Shown here in pieces: positions 8,590 through 18,722 of a stretch of 33,091 nt of DNA. Under the pieces are notes generated by a model. That model was not told the DNA's origin. It saw nothing but the letters and a program-made list of their open reading frames with translations, and ran no database searches. The first letter of the stretch is position 1. Each line of letters begins with the position of its first letter. Where the stretch lies: assembly GCA_043820325.1 (NCBI GenBank), contig JBDREB010000262.1, forward strand, positions 1 to 33,091, in the 5' to 3' direction. A program made the position numbers and the translations under genes. The DNA comes from Planctomycetota bacterium. GTDB lineage: Bacteria > Planctomycetota > JBDREB01.

Positions 8590-10190
8590 TCCCGCCAACG
8601 GACGGACCCGCACCCTGGACTTTGGAGGAAGGCATGCGCCGGCAACAATCGCTGCAGTTCACGCACTTGACGGTCCCCGGTACGGCCGCGGCTGTTGCAC
8701 CGGAGGGTTTGCGGCTGGACCTGGAGTTCGCCCGGGACGGGGACTGGCTGACGGTCGTCTTCAGACTCACGGGGCGCGAGCGGGCCGATCTGCCGGCGGC
8801 GACGGAGTGGTGGGCGCGGGACCACGCGGTCATCTGCCTGGACCCGGGCCACGATCATTTCCGGGAGATCATGGTCATCGTCGAACGGACCGGCGCGGTC
8901 CGCACCAGCCACCGCCTGGTCATGCCCGGCGAGGAGCGCAACGACCGCATCGGCCACGACCTCGCCGATCCCGTGCCGGAACATACGGTGACCGTGCATG
9001 ACGACGGCGCGGCCTGGGGCGGCACGGTGTGCATCGACATAGGCTGGCGTACGGGCCCGGTGATCGGGCTGGCCGCCAAGGGGGTGTCCGGCGGCACACC
9101 GCTGGCCTGCGCCGTCTTCCCCGCGCCCGCCGGGGCGTGGTGGGACGACACGCCGCTGGGGTACGCGGACCTCTACCTGGAACCCCGGGCGGCGCGGGTG
9201 ACGGGGATCGATCTCGGCGCGCCGGAATGGGGACTGAACACGGCACGGGTGACGCTCGCCCCGGGCGGACCGCCCGCGGCCGCCGCGGCCGTCTTCCGGT
9301 TCGGCGACGGCGAAATGATCCGGCGCACCACGGGCTTCGGTCCCGAGGGCGGGGAACTGCCGTATGAACTCGATTTCCGCGCCAAGTGGTCCTCCGATCT
9401 CCGCGGCACCGCCCGCCTGGAGGTGACGCTGGAGAGCGGCGGCCGCACCGCCTGGCGCGGCGCCTTTCCGGTGGGGTTCGACGGCGGCATCATCGCCCGC
9501 GACCGCCTGGGCGGCGCGCCGGTGGAGCGGCCGGGGCCCGACCACCCGGCCTTTCCCGCCGCGATGCGGGAATACCTTCTGGCCCGGTTGCCGGCCTGGG
9601 AGCGGGTCTCGGAACCGGGCGGCCCGGCGGGTGTGTTCGGACTGCGCGCGGGTGACCAGGCGATCGACCTGGGCGCGGCCGGCGTCTTCGACACGCTCGC
9701 CGCCGTCATCCGGGAGCGGTTCGACCGCTGGGACGATGGATTGTGCGCCGCGTCCGTCTTCCTGGGCGCGGCCGCCGGGGTGCGCCATTCGGCCGCCTGC
9801 GCGGCGTTCGGCGCGGCTCTCGCCCCGCGGGGACTCCTGCAATTGGGGGCCGGTTTCTGCGGCGACATGGCCGCCCTCTACGGCGCCCTGGCCCTGGCGC
9901 TCGCCCCGCGCTACGGCCTGACCCTGGCACCCTGCGCCATCGGTCTGCGGGGCCACATCGCCGCGGCGGTGGCCGTGGCGGGCGGTATGCATGTGTTCGA
10001 TCCCATGTTGGGTCTTTTCTTCCACGCGCTCGACAACACCCGGCTGGCGACCCTGGATGAACTGCGCGCTGAAAAGGAGATCTCCCACCGCATGGATGCC
10101 ACCTGCGGTGCACACGGTCACGAGTTCTATTACGGCATCCCCCACCATGTCATCACCCCGCTTCGGTCGGGCGGCCGCCTGCTGGTGTGA
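8586..10190 (+). CDS. hypothetical protein with CBM9-like N-domain and transglutaminase-like C-domain
   Basis: TTGA overlap with the upstream gene (ATG 8634 is an alternative start). DHAVICLDPGHD motif; Cys-His-Asp pattern GFCGDMA...GHIAAAV...VFDP. Confidence 0.55.
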   Translation: MIPPTDGPAPWTLEEGMRRQQSLQFTHLTVPGTAAAVAPEGLRLDLEFARDGDWLTVVFRLTGRERADLPAATEWWARDHAVICLDPGHDHFREIMVIVERTGAVRTSHRLVMPGEERNDRIGHDLADPVPEHTVTVHDDGAAWGGTVCIDIGWRTGPVIGLAAKGVSGGTPLACAVFPAPAGAWWDDTPLGYADLYLEPRAARVTGIDLGAPEWGLNTARVTLAPGGPPAAAAAVFRFGDGEMIRRTTGFGPEGGELPYELDFRAKWSSDLRGTARLEVTLESGGRTAWRGAFPVGFDGGIIARDRLGGAPVERPGPDHPAFPAAMREYLLARLPAWERVSEPGGPAGVFGLRAGDQAIDLGAAGVFDTLAAVIRERFDRWDDGLCAASVFLGAAAGVRHSAACAAFGAALAPRGLLQLGAGFCGDMAALYGALALALAPRYGLTLAPCAIGLRGHIAAAVAVAGGMHVFDPMLGLFFHALDNTRLATLDELRAEKEISHRMDATCGAHGHEFYYGIPHHVITPLRSGGRLLV

Positions 10191-10216
10191 TGCGCGATGC
10201 GGCCCCATTTTGAAGC

Positions 10217-10244
10217 TTGACTTTTATGGCGTGGGGTATACAAT
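10217..10244 (+). promoter_or_regulatory. sigma70-like promoter of the miaB operon
   Basis: TTGACT-N16-TACAAT in an AT-rich gap. Confidence 0.6.
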
Positions 10245-10307
10245 AATCTGTTTTGTGCCCGTATGACACGATATCGGTCCTAACCATTTGAATATGAATT
10301 GGTTATA

Positions 10308-11636
10308 ATGAGCCAGCTTGCCGGCAAAAAGGTCCACATCCGCACCTTCGGGTGCCAGATGAATGTCTACGACGCCGATGTGGCCCGCACGATGTTGGAA
10401 CAGGCGGGTTGCGTCATGGTCGCCGAGGTGGCCGACGCCGACGCGGTGGTACTGGTCACCTGCAGTGTGCGGGCGCACGCCGAGAACCGCGTGTTCTCTT
10501 TGATCGGCGCCCTCGGCCGCCTGCAGGCGCGCCAGGCCGGCCGTCCCGTGGTGGGCATCATGGGCTGCACGGCCCAGAAACTCGGCCGGGAATACATCGA
10601 CCGTTTCCCCGGCGTTTCGTTCGTGATCGGCACCCAGCGCGCGGAGCGGCTCGTGCCCATGCTGGCGGCCGCCTTCACCGGCGCATGCGGCGCTGTGGAT
10701 ACGGCGATGGAGCGGCAATTCGTGCCGACGCTCACGGCCGAACCGGTCCCGGGCGCCCATGCCGCCTTCGTCGCCGTGGCCGTGGGCTGCAGCCGGGCCT
10801 GCGCCTACTGCATCGTGCCCCAGGTGCGCGGCCGGATGAACAGCCGGCCGCCGGCCGACATCCTGGCCGAGGCGGCCCGCCTGGCCGGCCGCGGCGTGGT
10901 CGACCTCACGCTGCTGGGGCAGAACATCGACGCCTACGGGCGTGACATCCATTACGCGCCCGGGCTGGCGGGGCTTCTGGCCGACGCGGCCGCCATTCCG
11001 GGCCTGCGGCGGATCAATTTCGTGACCTCGCATCCGGCCGATCTGCACGACGACATCATCGCCGTGATCCGCGACCATCCGGTGATCGCGCCGTTCTTCC
11101 ACCTGCCGCCGCAGTCGGGGTCCAACCGCGTCCTGGCCGCGATGCGCCGCGGATACACCCGGGAATACTACCTTGACCTGGTGGCGCGCATCCGGGACGG
11201 CCTGCCGCGCGCCGAGTTCGCCGGTGACTTCATCGTGGGGTTCCCGGGGGAGACGGAGGCCGATTTCGACGCCTCGGCCCGTCTGCTGGCGGAGGTCGGG
11301 TTCCAGCAGGCCTATATTTTCAAGTATTCGCCGCGTGAGAACACGCCCGCCGCCGGACTGCCCGACGATGTGCCCCTAGCCGAAAAGAAGCGGCGCAACA
11401 ACGCGCTGCTCGACCTGCAGGAGGGGATCCAGCTCGCCCGGCACCGGTCGTTCGTGGGCCGCGAAGTGGCCATCCTGGTCGAAGGCCCCAGCAAGAACGA
11501 CCAGGCCCGGTTCATCGGCCGCACGGCCACCAATTTCCGCGTGATCTTCGACCCGGCCGGCACGCGCCCCGGCGACCTGGTGGCGGTGCGCATCCGGGAA
11601 GTGACGCCTTTGACCCTGTATGGAGACAAGGTGTGA
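10308..11636 (+). CDS. miaB: tRNA-2-methylthio-N6-isopentenyladenosine synthase MiaB
   Basis: UPF0004 cysteines (TFGCQMN, TCSVR, MGC), radical SAM CSRACAYCIVP, LLGQN, QSGSN, DFIVGFPGET, YSPR and a TRAM domain. Confidence 0.92.
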   Translation: MSQLAGKKVHIRTFGCQMNVYDADVARTMLEQAGCVMVAEVADADAVVLVTCSVRAHAENRVFSLIGALGRLQARQAGRPVVGIMGCTAQKLGREYIDRFPGVSFVIGTQRAERLVPMLAAAFTGACGAVDTAMERQFVPTLTAEPVPGAHAAFVAVAVGCSRACAYCIVPQVRGRMNSRPPADILAEAARLAGRGVVDLTLLGQNIDAYGRDIHYAPGLAGLLADAAAIPGLRRINFVTSHPADLHDDIIAVIRDHPVIAPFFHLPPQSGSNRVLAAMRRGYTREYYLDLVARIRDGLPRAEFAGDFIVGFPGETEADFDASARLLAEVGFQQAYIFKYSPRENTPAAGLPDDVPLAEKKRRNNALLDLQEGIQLARHRSFVGREVAILVEGPSKNDQARFIGRTATNFRVIFDPAGTRPGDLVAVRIREVTPLTLYGDKV

Positions 11637-12382
11637 AGCGGATTTTGTGCCTCCTGCTGGCCGCGGCCGCCCTGGCCGGCTGCCTGCCGCCCGACACCCG
11701 GCCGGAGGTCCTGCGCGATCCCGGTTACACCGAGGCCGAACGGCTCTTCCTCATGGGCGACTACCGCGCGGCCCGGACCCGCCTGGACGACTATATCGCG
11801 CGCAGCCGCCCGCGGGGAGCCCCGGCCTACCTGCTGCGCGGGTACTGCAATCTCTACCTCAACCGGTTCCACGAGGCGCGGGACGATTTCGACGAGGGCG
11901 TCGACCGGGCGGCCGTGCTGGACGAGTTCGTGCGCGGCCGGCTGGGGCTCGCCGACACGGCCTTTGCCGCGCATGAGTACCCCCGGAGTGCGGCGCTCTT
12001 TGCCGACCTGATCGAGGATTTCCCCGACCGCATCCCGCGCGACGAGGTCACGGCCCGGTACGCCGTCGCCCTTGACCGCAGCGGTCGCGGGGAGCAGGCC
12101 CGGCGGGTGCGGGCGCCCGCGGCCGGTCCGGCCGTCCGTCCGGCGACACCGGCCGCGGCCGGGGCCGGTGACTTCTACATCCAGGCGGGGAAGTTCGCCA
12201 GCCGGCTGAACGCCCGCAACCTGGGCGACCGCCTGGTCAGTGCCGGGTTCGATCCCGTGGAACTTGAGACCCCCGGCGGTTTCACCGTCATCGTGGGCTA
12301 TTTCAAACGGCACGATGACGCCCGCGCGGCGCTCGCCCGCCTGCGCGCCGCGGGATTCGCGGGCGCGTTCATCAAACCTTGA
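11633..12382 (+). CDS. TPR + SPOR domain lipoprotein
   Basis: Lipobox LAGC, TPR-like helices, C-terminal SPOR pattern FYIQAGKFASRLNA...VIVGYF...A..L. Confidence 0.8.
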   Translation: MKRILCLLLAAAALAGCLPPDTRPEVLRDPGYTEAERLFLMGDYRAARTRLDDYIARSRPRGAPAYLLRGYCNLYLNRFHEARDDFDEGVDRAAVLDEFVRGRLGLADTAFAAHEYPRSAALFADLIEDFPDRIPRDEVTARYAVALDRSGRGEQARRVRAPAAGPAVRPATPAAAGAGDFYIQAGKFASRLNARNLGDRLVSAGFDPVELETPGGFTVIVGYFKRHDDARAALARLRAAGFAGAFIKP

Positions 12383-14265
12383 CGGGGACGGCCGTGTCGC
12401 ATATCGAGGAATACCCGCTCACCGGCAAGAAGATCGGCCGTTTCATTCTCCTGCAGGGCATCGGCCGCGGCGGCATGGGCGAGGTCTACCGCTGCCGCTT
12501 GGATTACATCAACCTCCTGCTCGACCTCAACCCCCGCGATGCGCGGGCCGGTGTCCGGAACCAGCTCCGGAACATGCCCGAAGACGAGCTCATCGAACAG
12601 ATGAAGGCACGCATCACGCTCGACATCCCGCTCAAGAAGGAATATGCCATCAAGGTCACGCAGGCCATGGAGGGGACCAAGGCCCTGCGCCGGTTCGTGA
12701 CCGAGTCCCGCGTGACCAGCGAACTCGGCGCCAAGCAGAAGAACATCATCTCGATCTACGACATCGGCAAGGACGGCAACATCTCCTATTATGTGATGGA
12801 CTACATGCCGCCGGCGATCAATGCCCGCATGATCACCCGGGACGAAGCCATTCATGTGGTGCGGTGCATCGCCGGCGCCCTGCAGTACGCCCATAACCGC
12901 AATATCGTCCACCGCGACCTGAAGCCCGAGAACATCCTGGGCACGGTCCAGCGGCCGATCCTCACCGATTTCGGCATCGCCAAGGACATCGACGAGGTGG
13001 GGCTCACCAGCACCGGCGTGGTGCTCGGCACGCTCGACTACATGTCGCCCGAGCAGGCCACGGACACCAAGAATGTCGATTACCACAGCGACATCTATTC
13101 CCTGGGCGTGGTGCTCTACGAATACCTCACCCGCGGCTATCTGCCCTACGCCCACCGCACCGAGCGCGAGGTCGCCCTGGTGGAGATCAAGTCGCGCTTC
13201 GTGGAACCCATGTGGCCCAATGATTACCTGCGGCGCACCGGCGCGCCCATCCCGGTCCCGCTGGAGCGGATCGTGCTCCGGGCCCTGGAGAAGAACTCGG
13301 CCCACCGCTTCAAGTCGATGGACGAATTCGCGCGCCAGCTCGCCCGGTACCAGGAGGGCCGGCGGGTGTGGCTCTGGATCTCGCCCGTGCGCCGCCTGCG
13401 CCACTACTACCAGCGCAACCAGGGGTTGTGCCGGGTGGGCGGGAGCATCCTGGCCGCGGTGTTCCTGGCCGCGATCGTGACCTGGCTGGTGCTCATCTTC
13501 AGCCGGGAACCGTGGTCGGCCGCGGCCGAATACCTGGTCGCGGGTGAGCGGGCCTTCGCCGCGGGGGATGCGTTCCAGGCCAAGGGGCAGGCCGAACTGG
13601 CGCGGGATGAACTCCAGCTCTTCCTGGAAAAGGAACGCTACCGCACGCGGCGGGAGGTGATCACGCTCAAGGCGCGTCTGGACGCCTTCACCGCCGCCGT
13701 GACCCGCCATTATCCGCACGATTACCGCTTCAGCGACGAACGGGACGCGGAGCGCTTCCGGGCCAACTGGAAGATCGACGGCCGGTGCAAGCGCACCTCG
13801 GCCGAAACGATCGCCGTCATGGGCGGCCGGGGTTTTTCCAATCCCTATGCCTACGACCGCTGTTTCAACCTGGGGCTGCGTTTCACGGTCCGGGGCGGGT
13901 TCGTCGAACCCCTGACCGTGCGGATCAGGGACCGTGACCGCAGCGTGCTGGTGATCGTGGCCTCGGCCGCCACCGTGCCGCGCGTGACCGCCCCCAACGA
14001 ACTGCCCGTGGTCATTCCCGTGGCCGGCGAGATCGATGCCGGCACCTGGCTGGTGCTCTCCGTAACCTCCGGCCCGGACGGGACCCTTGAGGCGGCCCTG
14101 GCCCGGATCATTTCGGCCGACGGCAAGACCGAAGGCATGGGCGCGGTGCGCGTGTTGCCGGCCTTCGGCGGCGATGTCCGCGTCAGCGTCGATCCCGGCG
14201 CCGCCGGCGCCGTCAACCTGGCCCGGTTCACCCTCCTGCCGCCGGCGGGAGTCCCGCCGCAATGA
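12379..14265 (+). CDS. membrane-anchored Hanks-type Ser/Thr protein kinase
   Basis: IGRGGMGEVY, AIK, HRDLKPENIL, TDFGIAK, GTLDYMSPEQ, SDIYSLG; one TM helix (GGSILAAVFLAAIVTWLVLIF); unknown extracytoplasmic domain. Confidence 0.92.
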   Translation: MTGTAVSHIEEYPLTGKKIGRFILLQGIGRGGMGEVYRCRLDYINLLLDLNPRDARAGVRNQLRNMPEDELIEQMKARITLDIPLKKEYAIKVTQAMEGTKALRRFVTESRVTSELGAKQKNIISIYDIGKDGNISYYVMDYMPPAINARMITRDEAIHVVRCIAGALQYAHNRNIVHRDLKPENILGTVQRPILTDFGIAKDIDEVGLTSTGVVLGTLDYMSPEQATDTKNVDYHSDIYSLGVVLYEYLTRGYLPYAHRTEREVALVEIKSRFVEPMWPNDYLRRTGAPIPVPLERIVLRALEKNSAHRFKSMDEFARQLARYQEGRRVWLWISPVRRLRHYYQRNQGLCRVGGSILAAVFLAAIVTWLVLIFSREPWSAAAEYLVAGERAFAAGDAFQAKGQAELARDELQLFLEKERYRTRREVITLKARLDAFTAAVTRHYPHDYRFSDERDAERFRANWKIDGRCKRTSAETIAVMGGRGFSNPYAYDRCFNLGLRFTVRGGFVEPLTVRIRDRDRSVLVIVASAATVPRVTAPNELPVVIPVAGEIDAGTWLVLSVTSGPDGTLEAALARIISADGKTEGMGAVRVLPAFGGDVRVSVDPGAAGAVNLARFTLLPPAGVPPQ

Positions 14266-16862
14266 CCGCCAAGCTCACGCCGATGATGCAGCAGTACCAG
14301 GCGGTCAAGCGGCAGCATCCCGACAAGATCGTATTCTTCCGGATGGGCGATTTCTACGAGATGTTCTTCGAGGACGCTCGTGAGGCCGCCCGGGTCCTGG
14401 GCATCGCGCTGACCTCGCGTGACAAGGGGACCGATCCCGTCCCCATGGCCGGCGTGCCCCACCACGCTCTGGACGCCTACCTCGACAAGATGGTCGCAAG
14501 CGGCCACCGCGTGGTGATCTGCGACCAGGTCGAGGACCCGGCCCTGGCCGTCGGCCTGGTGAAGCGCGAGGTGACCCGGATCATCACGCCCGGGACCTAT
14601 TACAATGAGAAGAGCGACGACGCCCGCGCCAATGTCTTTCTGGCCGCCCTGTGGCCGGGACCGGAGACCGCCGGCGTGGCCTGGGTCGACCTGTCCACGG
14701 GCGAGTTCTTCGCCGGCCGGGTGCCGGCCGCCGAGGCGGCCGGGGAACTCGCCACCGCGCGGGTACAGGAGTGCCTGGTCCCCGAGGGCGCGGACGGCGC
14801 CGACGCCGGCGTGGCGGCCGAGATCGGCGGGGAGCGGATCACGCGCGTGCCGGACTGGACCTTCGAGTTCGCGGGCGCCAACCGGCGGCTGTGCGAACAG
14901 TTCGGCGTGGCGGCGCTGGACGGTTTCGGGTTCGGGGACCTCCCCGGCGATCCGGCCATCCGGGCGGCCGGGGCCGTGCTGCAGTACCTGGTGGAGACCC
15001 AGAAGAACCAGTTGGGCCATATCGTCCGGCTGGCGCCGGTGGTGCGCACGGGGATCCTGCAGATCGACCGCGCCACCCAGTCCAGCCTGGAACTGGTGGA
15101 GACCCAGCGTACGCGCCAGAAGCAGGGATCCCTCTTCGGCGTGCTCGATTTCACCCGCACGGCCATGGGCGCCCGCAAGCTCAAACAGTTCATCCTGCGC
15201 CCGGTCACGGACTGCCGCGAGATCTTCGAGCGGCAGGAGGCGGTGCGGGCTTTCAAGGAGGACGACCTGCTGCGCGAGGAGACCCGCGAGCGGCTGGCCG
15301 CCGTCTACGACCTGGAACGCCTGGTGGGCCGGGCGGCCGCCGGGCGGGCCAACGCGCGCGACCTGGTCTGCCTGCGGACCTCGCTGGAGGCCGCCGACCG
15401 CGTCCGGGGCCTGCTGGCCGACGCCTTTGCACGCCGCCTGATGGAGGTGCGCGAAGGCCTGGCGCCCGACGCCGCGCTGGTGGCCCTGATCGCCGCGCGC
15501 CTGGTCGACGATCCGCCCCTGGCCGTGACCGAGGGCGGGCTCATCCGGGCGGGGGTCCATCCCGAGCTCGATGAACTGCGCACCATCAGCCGCGACGGCA
15601 AGCGCTGGATCGCCGACTACCAGGAGCAGGAGCGCGCCCGCACGGGGATCGACAAGCTCCGCGTGGGCTTCAACCAGGTCTTCGGCTACTACATCGAGGT
15701 CACCAACCTGCACAAGGACCGCGCGCCCGCCGATTACACCCGGCGCCAGACCCTGGCCAACTGCGAGCGGTTCATCACGCCCGCGCTCAAGGAATACGAA
15801 CAGAAGGTGCTGACGGCCGAGGAGCGCATCTGCAAGATCGAGTACGACCTCTTCCAGGAAACGCGGGCGGCCGTGGCCGTGCGGGCGGCCTCCATCCTGG
15901 CCCTGGCGGGGCGCGTGGCCGAACTGGATGTCTATTGCGCCCTCGGCACGGCGGCGCGCAAGTACGGGTTCGTCGCCCCGGTGGTCGACGACGGTCCCCT
16001 GATCGTCATCGAGGCCGGCCGCCATCCCGTGCTGGAACAGGCCCTCCCCGGGGGCCAGTTCGTGCCCAACGATCTCCGGCTCGAGGCCGGCACGCCGTTT
16101 CTGATCATCACCGGGCCCAACATGGCGGGCAAGTCGACCTACATCCGGCAGGCGGCCGTGATCGTGCTGATGGCCCAGATGGGCGGTTTCGTGCCCGCGA
16201 CACGCGCGCTGGTGGGCGTGGCCGACCGGATCTTCACCCGCATCGGCGCCACGGACGAGCTGGCGCGCGGGCAATCCACCTTCATGGTGGAGATGACCGA
16301 GGTCGCCAACATCCTCAACAACGCCACCGCGCGCAGCCTGGTCATCCTGGACGAGGTCGGCCGGGGCACATCCACTTTCGACGGGGTGAGCATCGCCTGG
16401 GCGATCGCCGAACACATCATGGCCCGCGTGGGGGCGCGCACGCTTTTTGCCACCCATTACCATGAACTGACGGAACTGGAGGTCGTGGGCGCGCGGGCGC
16501 GCAACCTCAATGTGGCCGTGGAGGAGCACGCGGGCCGGGTGGTCTTTCTGCACCGCATCGTGCCCGGCGCCGCCGACAAGAGTTACGGGATCCATGTGGC
16601 CGAGATCGCCGGCCTGCCGCCGTCCGTTCTGGCCCGGGCCCGGGAGGTCCTGGCCAATCTCGAACGGGACAGTTTCGATGAACACCACCAGCCGCGCCTG
16701 GCCGGGCATGCGTCAATGCCCGACCCGGAACCGGTCCAGCTCTCGCTTTTCGACATGCACAACGACCGGGTCATCAAGCGGCTGCGGGAGGCCGATCCGG
16801 AGCACCTGACGCCCCTGGCGGCGCTGAACCTGCTCAGCGCGCTCAAAAAGGAACTCGGGTGA
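14262..16862 (+). CDS. mutS: DNA mismatch repair protein MutS (MutS1)
   Basis: TPMMQQY, FRMGDFYEMF mismatch-binding motif, GPNMAGKST Walker A, STFMVEM, DEVGRGTST, ATHYHEL, SYGIHVA, clamp-binding-like QLSLF. Confidence 0.97.
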   Translation: MTAKLTPMMQQYQAVKRQHPDKIVFFRMGDFYEMFFEDAREAARVLGIALTSRDKGTDPVPMAGVPHHALDAYLDKMVASGHRVVICDQVEDPALAVGLVKREVTRIITPGTYYNEKSDDARANVFLAALWPGPETAGVAWVDLSTGEFFAGRVPAAEAAGELATARVQECLVPEGADGADAGVAAEIGGERITRVPDWTFEFAGANRRLCEQFGVAALDGFGFGDLPGDPAIRAAGAVLQYLVETQKNQLGHIVRLAPVVRTGILQIDRATQSSLELVETQRTRQKQGSLFGVLDFTRTAMGARKLKQFILRPVTDCREIFERQEAVRAFKEDDLLREETRERLAAVYDLERLVGRAAAGRANARDLVCLRTSLEAADRVRGLLADAFARRLMEVREGLAPDAALVALIAARLVDDPPLAVTEGGLIRAGVHPELDELRTISRDGKRWIADYQEQERARTGIDKLRVGFNQVFGYYIEVTNLHKDRAPADYTRRQTLANCERFITPALKEYEQKVLTAEERICKIEYDLFQETRAAVAVRAASILALAGRVAELDVYCALGTAARKYGFVAPVVDDGPLIVIEAGRHPVLEQALPGGQFVPNDLRLEAGTPFLIITGPNMAGKSTYIRQAAVIVLMAQMGGFVPATRALVGVADRIFTRIGATDELARGQSTFMVEMTEVANILNNATARSLVILDEVGRGTSTFDGVSIAWAIAEHIMARVGARTLFATHYHELTELEVVGARARNLNVAVEEHAGRVVFLHRIVPGAADKSYGIHVAEIAGLPPSVLARAREVLANLERDSFDEHHQPRLAGHASMPDPEPVQLSLFDMHNDRVIKRLREADPEHLTPLAALNLLSALKKELG

Positions 16863-18703
16863 GCGCCCTCCGGATCCGCATCATGCACGGCCCGCGCGCC
16901 GGGGAGGAACGGGCCCTCCCGGCGGCGGGACGGTTCACGGTGGGCCGCGGCGAAACCTGCGACCTGGTCCTGGCCGACGCCTCCGTCTCGCGCCTGCACG
17001 GCGCGTTCAGCGTGGCCGGCGGCGCCTGCCGCGTGACCGACGAGGGAAGCCGCAACGGGGTGCTGGTCAACGAGACCCGCGTTACGAGCGGCACGGTACT
17101 GGAAGGGGATGTGATCCGCATCGGGACGGTGGTCCTGAAGATCGTGGCCGGGCCGGCGGAATCCGCGCCGGAGCCGCGGATCATCCGGATACCGGCGACC
17201 TGTGACGGGGGGTATCCCGATCCCACGGTGGCGGCCTTTCTCCGCGACCACCGGGCGACCTCGGCCGTGCGGGTCCTGACCGGGCGCCAGGCGGTCTGGT
17301 ACGGTTGCCTGGCCGCGGCGGCCCTGGTCCTCCTCAATTTCGACTGGCTCTATTTCCTGACGCTCATCAACTTCATCTGCGCCGCCTTCTATATCGTCGC
17401 GATATTCTACAAGCTCATCACCGTGGCCGGGGCCCTGGTGCGGCCCGGGGAGGTGACGGTTTCGTCCGCGGAGCTTGCGGCGCAGGGGACGGAAGGACTG
17501 CCGGTCTACACGGTCCTGGTGCCCCTCTACCGCGAGGCGGATGTGGCCGCGAAGATCATCGCCGCGCTGGGCCGACTGGACTACCCGGCCGACCGGCTCG
17601 ATGTGAAGCTCCTGCTCGAGGCCGATGACGCCGCCACCCTGGCGGCCTGCCGCGACCTGCCGGTATTCTGCGAGATCATCATCGTGCCGGACTGCCGGCC
17701 CAAGACCAAGCCGCGCGCCTGCAACCACGGCCTGGCCGCGGCACGGGGCGAGTTCCTGGTGGTCTACGACGCCGAGGACCGGCCCGACCCCGACCAGTTG
17801 AAAAAAGCGGTGGCCGCGTTCCGCCGCCACCCGGCGGTGCCCTGTTTCCAGTCCAAGCTCAATTATTACAACCCGGACCAGAACCTGCTCACGCGGTGGT
17901 TCACGATCGAGTACTCGGCGTGGTTCGACCTCTTCCTGCCGGGCCTGCACCGCCAGGACGCGCCCATTCCGCTGGGCGGCACTTCGAACCATTTCCGCAC
18001 CGCGGTGCTCCGCGAGGTGGGCGGTTGGGATCCCTTCAATGTGACCGAGGACGCCGACCTGGGGATCCGGCTTTACCGCCGGGGCCACCGCACCCTGGTG
18101 CTCGATTCGACCACCTGGGAGGAGGCCAATGCCCGCCTGCCCAACTGGATCCGCCAGCGGTCCCGCTGGATCAAGGGGTACCTCCAGACCCATCTGGTCC
18201 ACACCCGGCATCCGCTCGCCACGCTGCGCGAACTGGGTCTTTTCCGCTATATCAGTTTCCACCTGACCGTGGGCGGGATGGCCGGCATGCTGCTTTTGAA
18301 CCCCATCTACTGGGCCGCGGCTCTGCTGTATGGGACACTGGCCGGCATGGACCTCGCCGCGGGGGCCGGGCTGTGGGAAGTGATCGCCATGCCCCGGTCG
18401 GACGGCGGCAGTTACCACGCCTGGCAGATGGTCTTCACGGCCGAGGGCGACACGCGGGCGTGGTCGCTCATCTCCGTGAGCTTCTTCACGGCGACCGTCG
18501 CGCTGGTGGTGGCCAACCTGGTCTTCATCGCCATCAACTGGCTCGGTGCCCGCCGCCGCCGGCTGCGGCGCATGTTGGTGCCCATCCTGCTGGCGCCCGC
18601 GTACTGGCTGCTTATCAGCCTGGCGGCCTGGAAGGGGTGCGTCCAGCTGCTCTATAAACCGTTCTACTGGGAAAAGACCGTGCACGGGCTCGACCAAGGA
18701 TGA
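16859..18703 (+). CDS. FHA domain fused to a membrane processive GT2 glycosyltransferase
   Basis: N-terminal FHA (VGRG, VSRLH, GSRNG), TM helices, then PVYTVLVPLYRE, TKPRACN, YDAED, GGTSNHFR, VTEDADLG, QRSRW and C-terminal TM helices. Confidence 0.85.
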   Translation: MSALRIRIMHGPRAGEERALPAAGRFTVGRGETCDLVLADASVSRLHGAFSVAGGACRVTDEGSRNGVLVNETRVTSGTVLEGDVIRIGTVVLKIVAGPAESAPEPRIIRIPATCDGGYPDPTVAAFLRDHRATSAVRVLTGRQAVWYGCLAAAALVLLNFDWLYFLTLINFICAAFYIVAIFYKLITVAGALVRPGEVTVSSAELAAQGTEGLPVYTVLVPLYREADVAAKIIAALGRLDYPADRLDVKLLLEADDAATLAACRDLPVFCEIIIVPDCRPKTKPRACNHGLAAARGEFLVVYDAEDRPDPDQLKKAVAAFRRHPAVPCFQSKLNYYNPDQNLLTRWFTIEYSAWFDLFLPGLHRQDAPIPLGGTSNHFRTAVLREVGGWDPFNVTEDADLGIRLYRRGHRTLVLDSTTWEEANARLPNWIRQRSRWIKGYLQTHLVHTRHPLATLRELGLFRYISFHLTVGGMAGMLLLNPIYWAAALLYGTLAGMDLAAGAGLWEVIAMPRSDGGSYHAWQMVFTAEGDTRAWSLISVSFFTATVALVVANLVFIAINWLGARRRRLRRMLVPILLAPAYWLLISLAAWKGCVQLLYKPFYWEKTVHGLDQG

Positions 18704-18722
18704 TCATGTAGGAGATGCGCCC

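Noticed and set aside
4879-8613. Very long antisense ORFs (this 1244-aa one, also 13851-16709, 12298-14262, 16583-18697, 20616-23027)
   Set aside because: Shadow frames of GC-rich genes with clear sense-strand motifs; no recognisable domains
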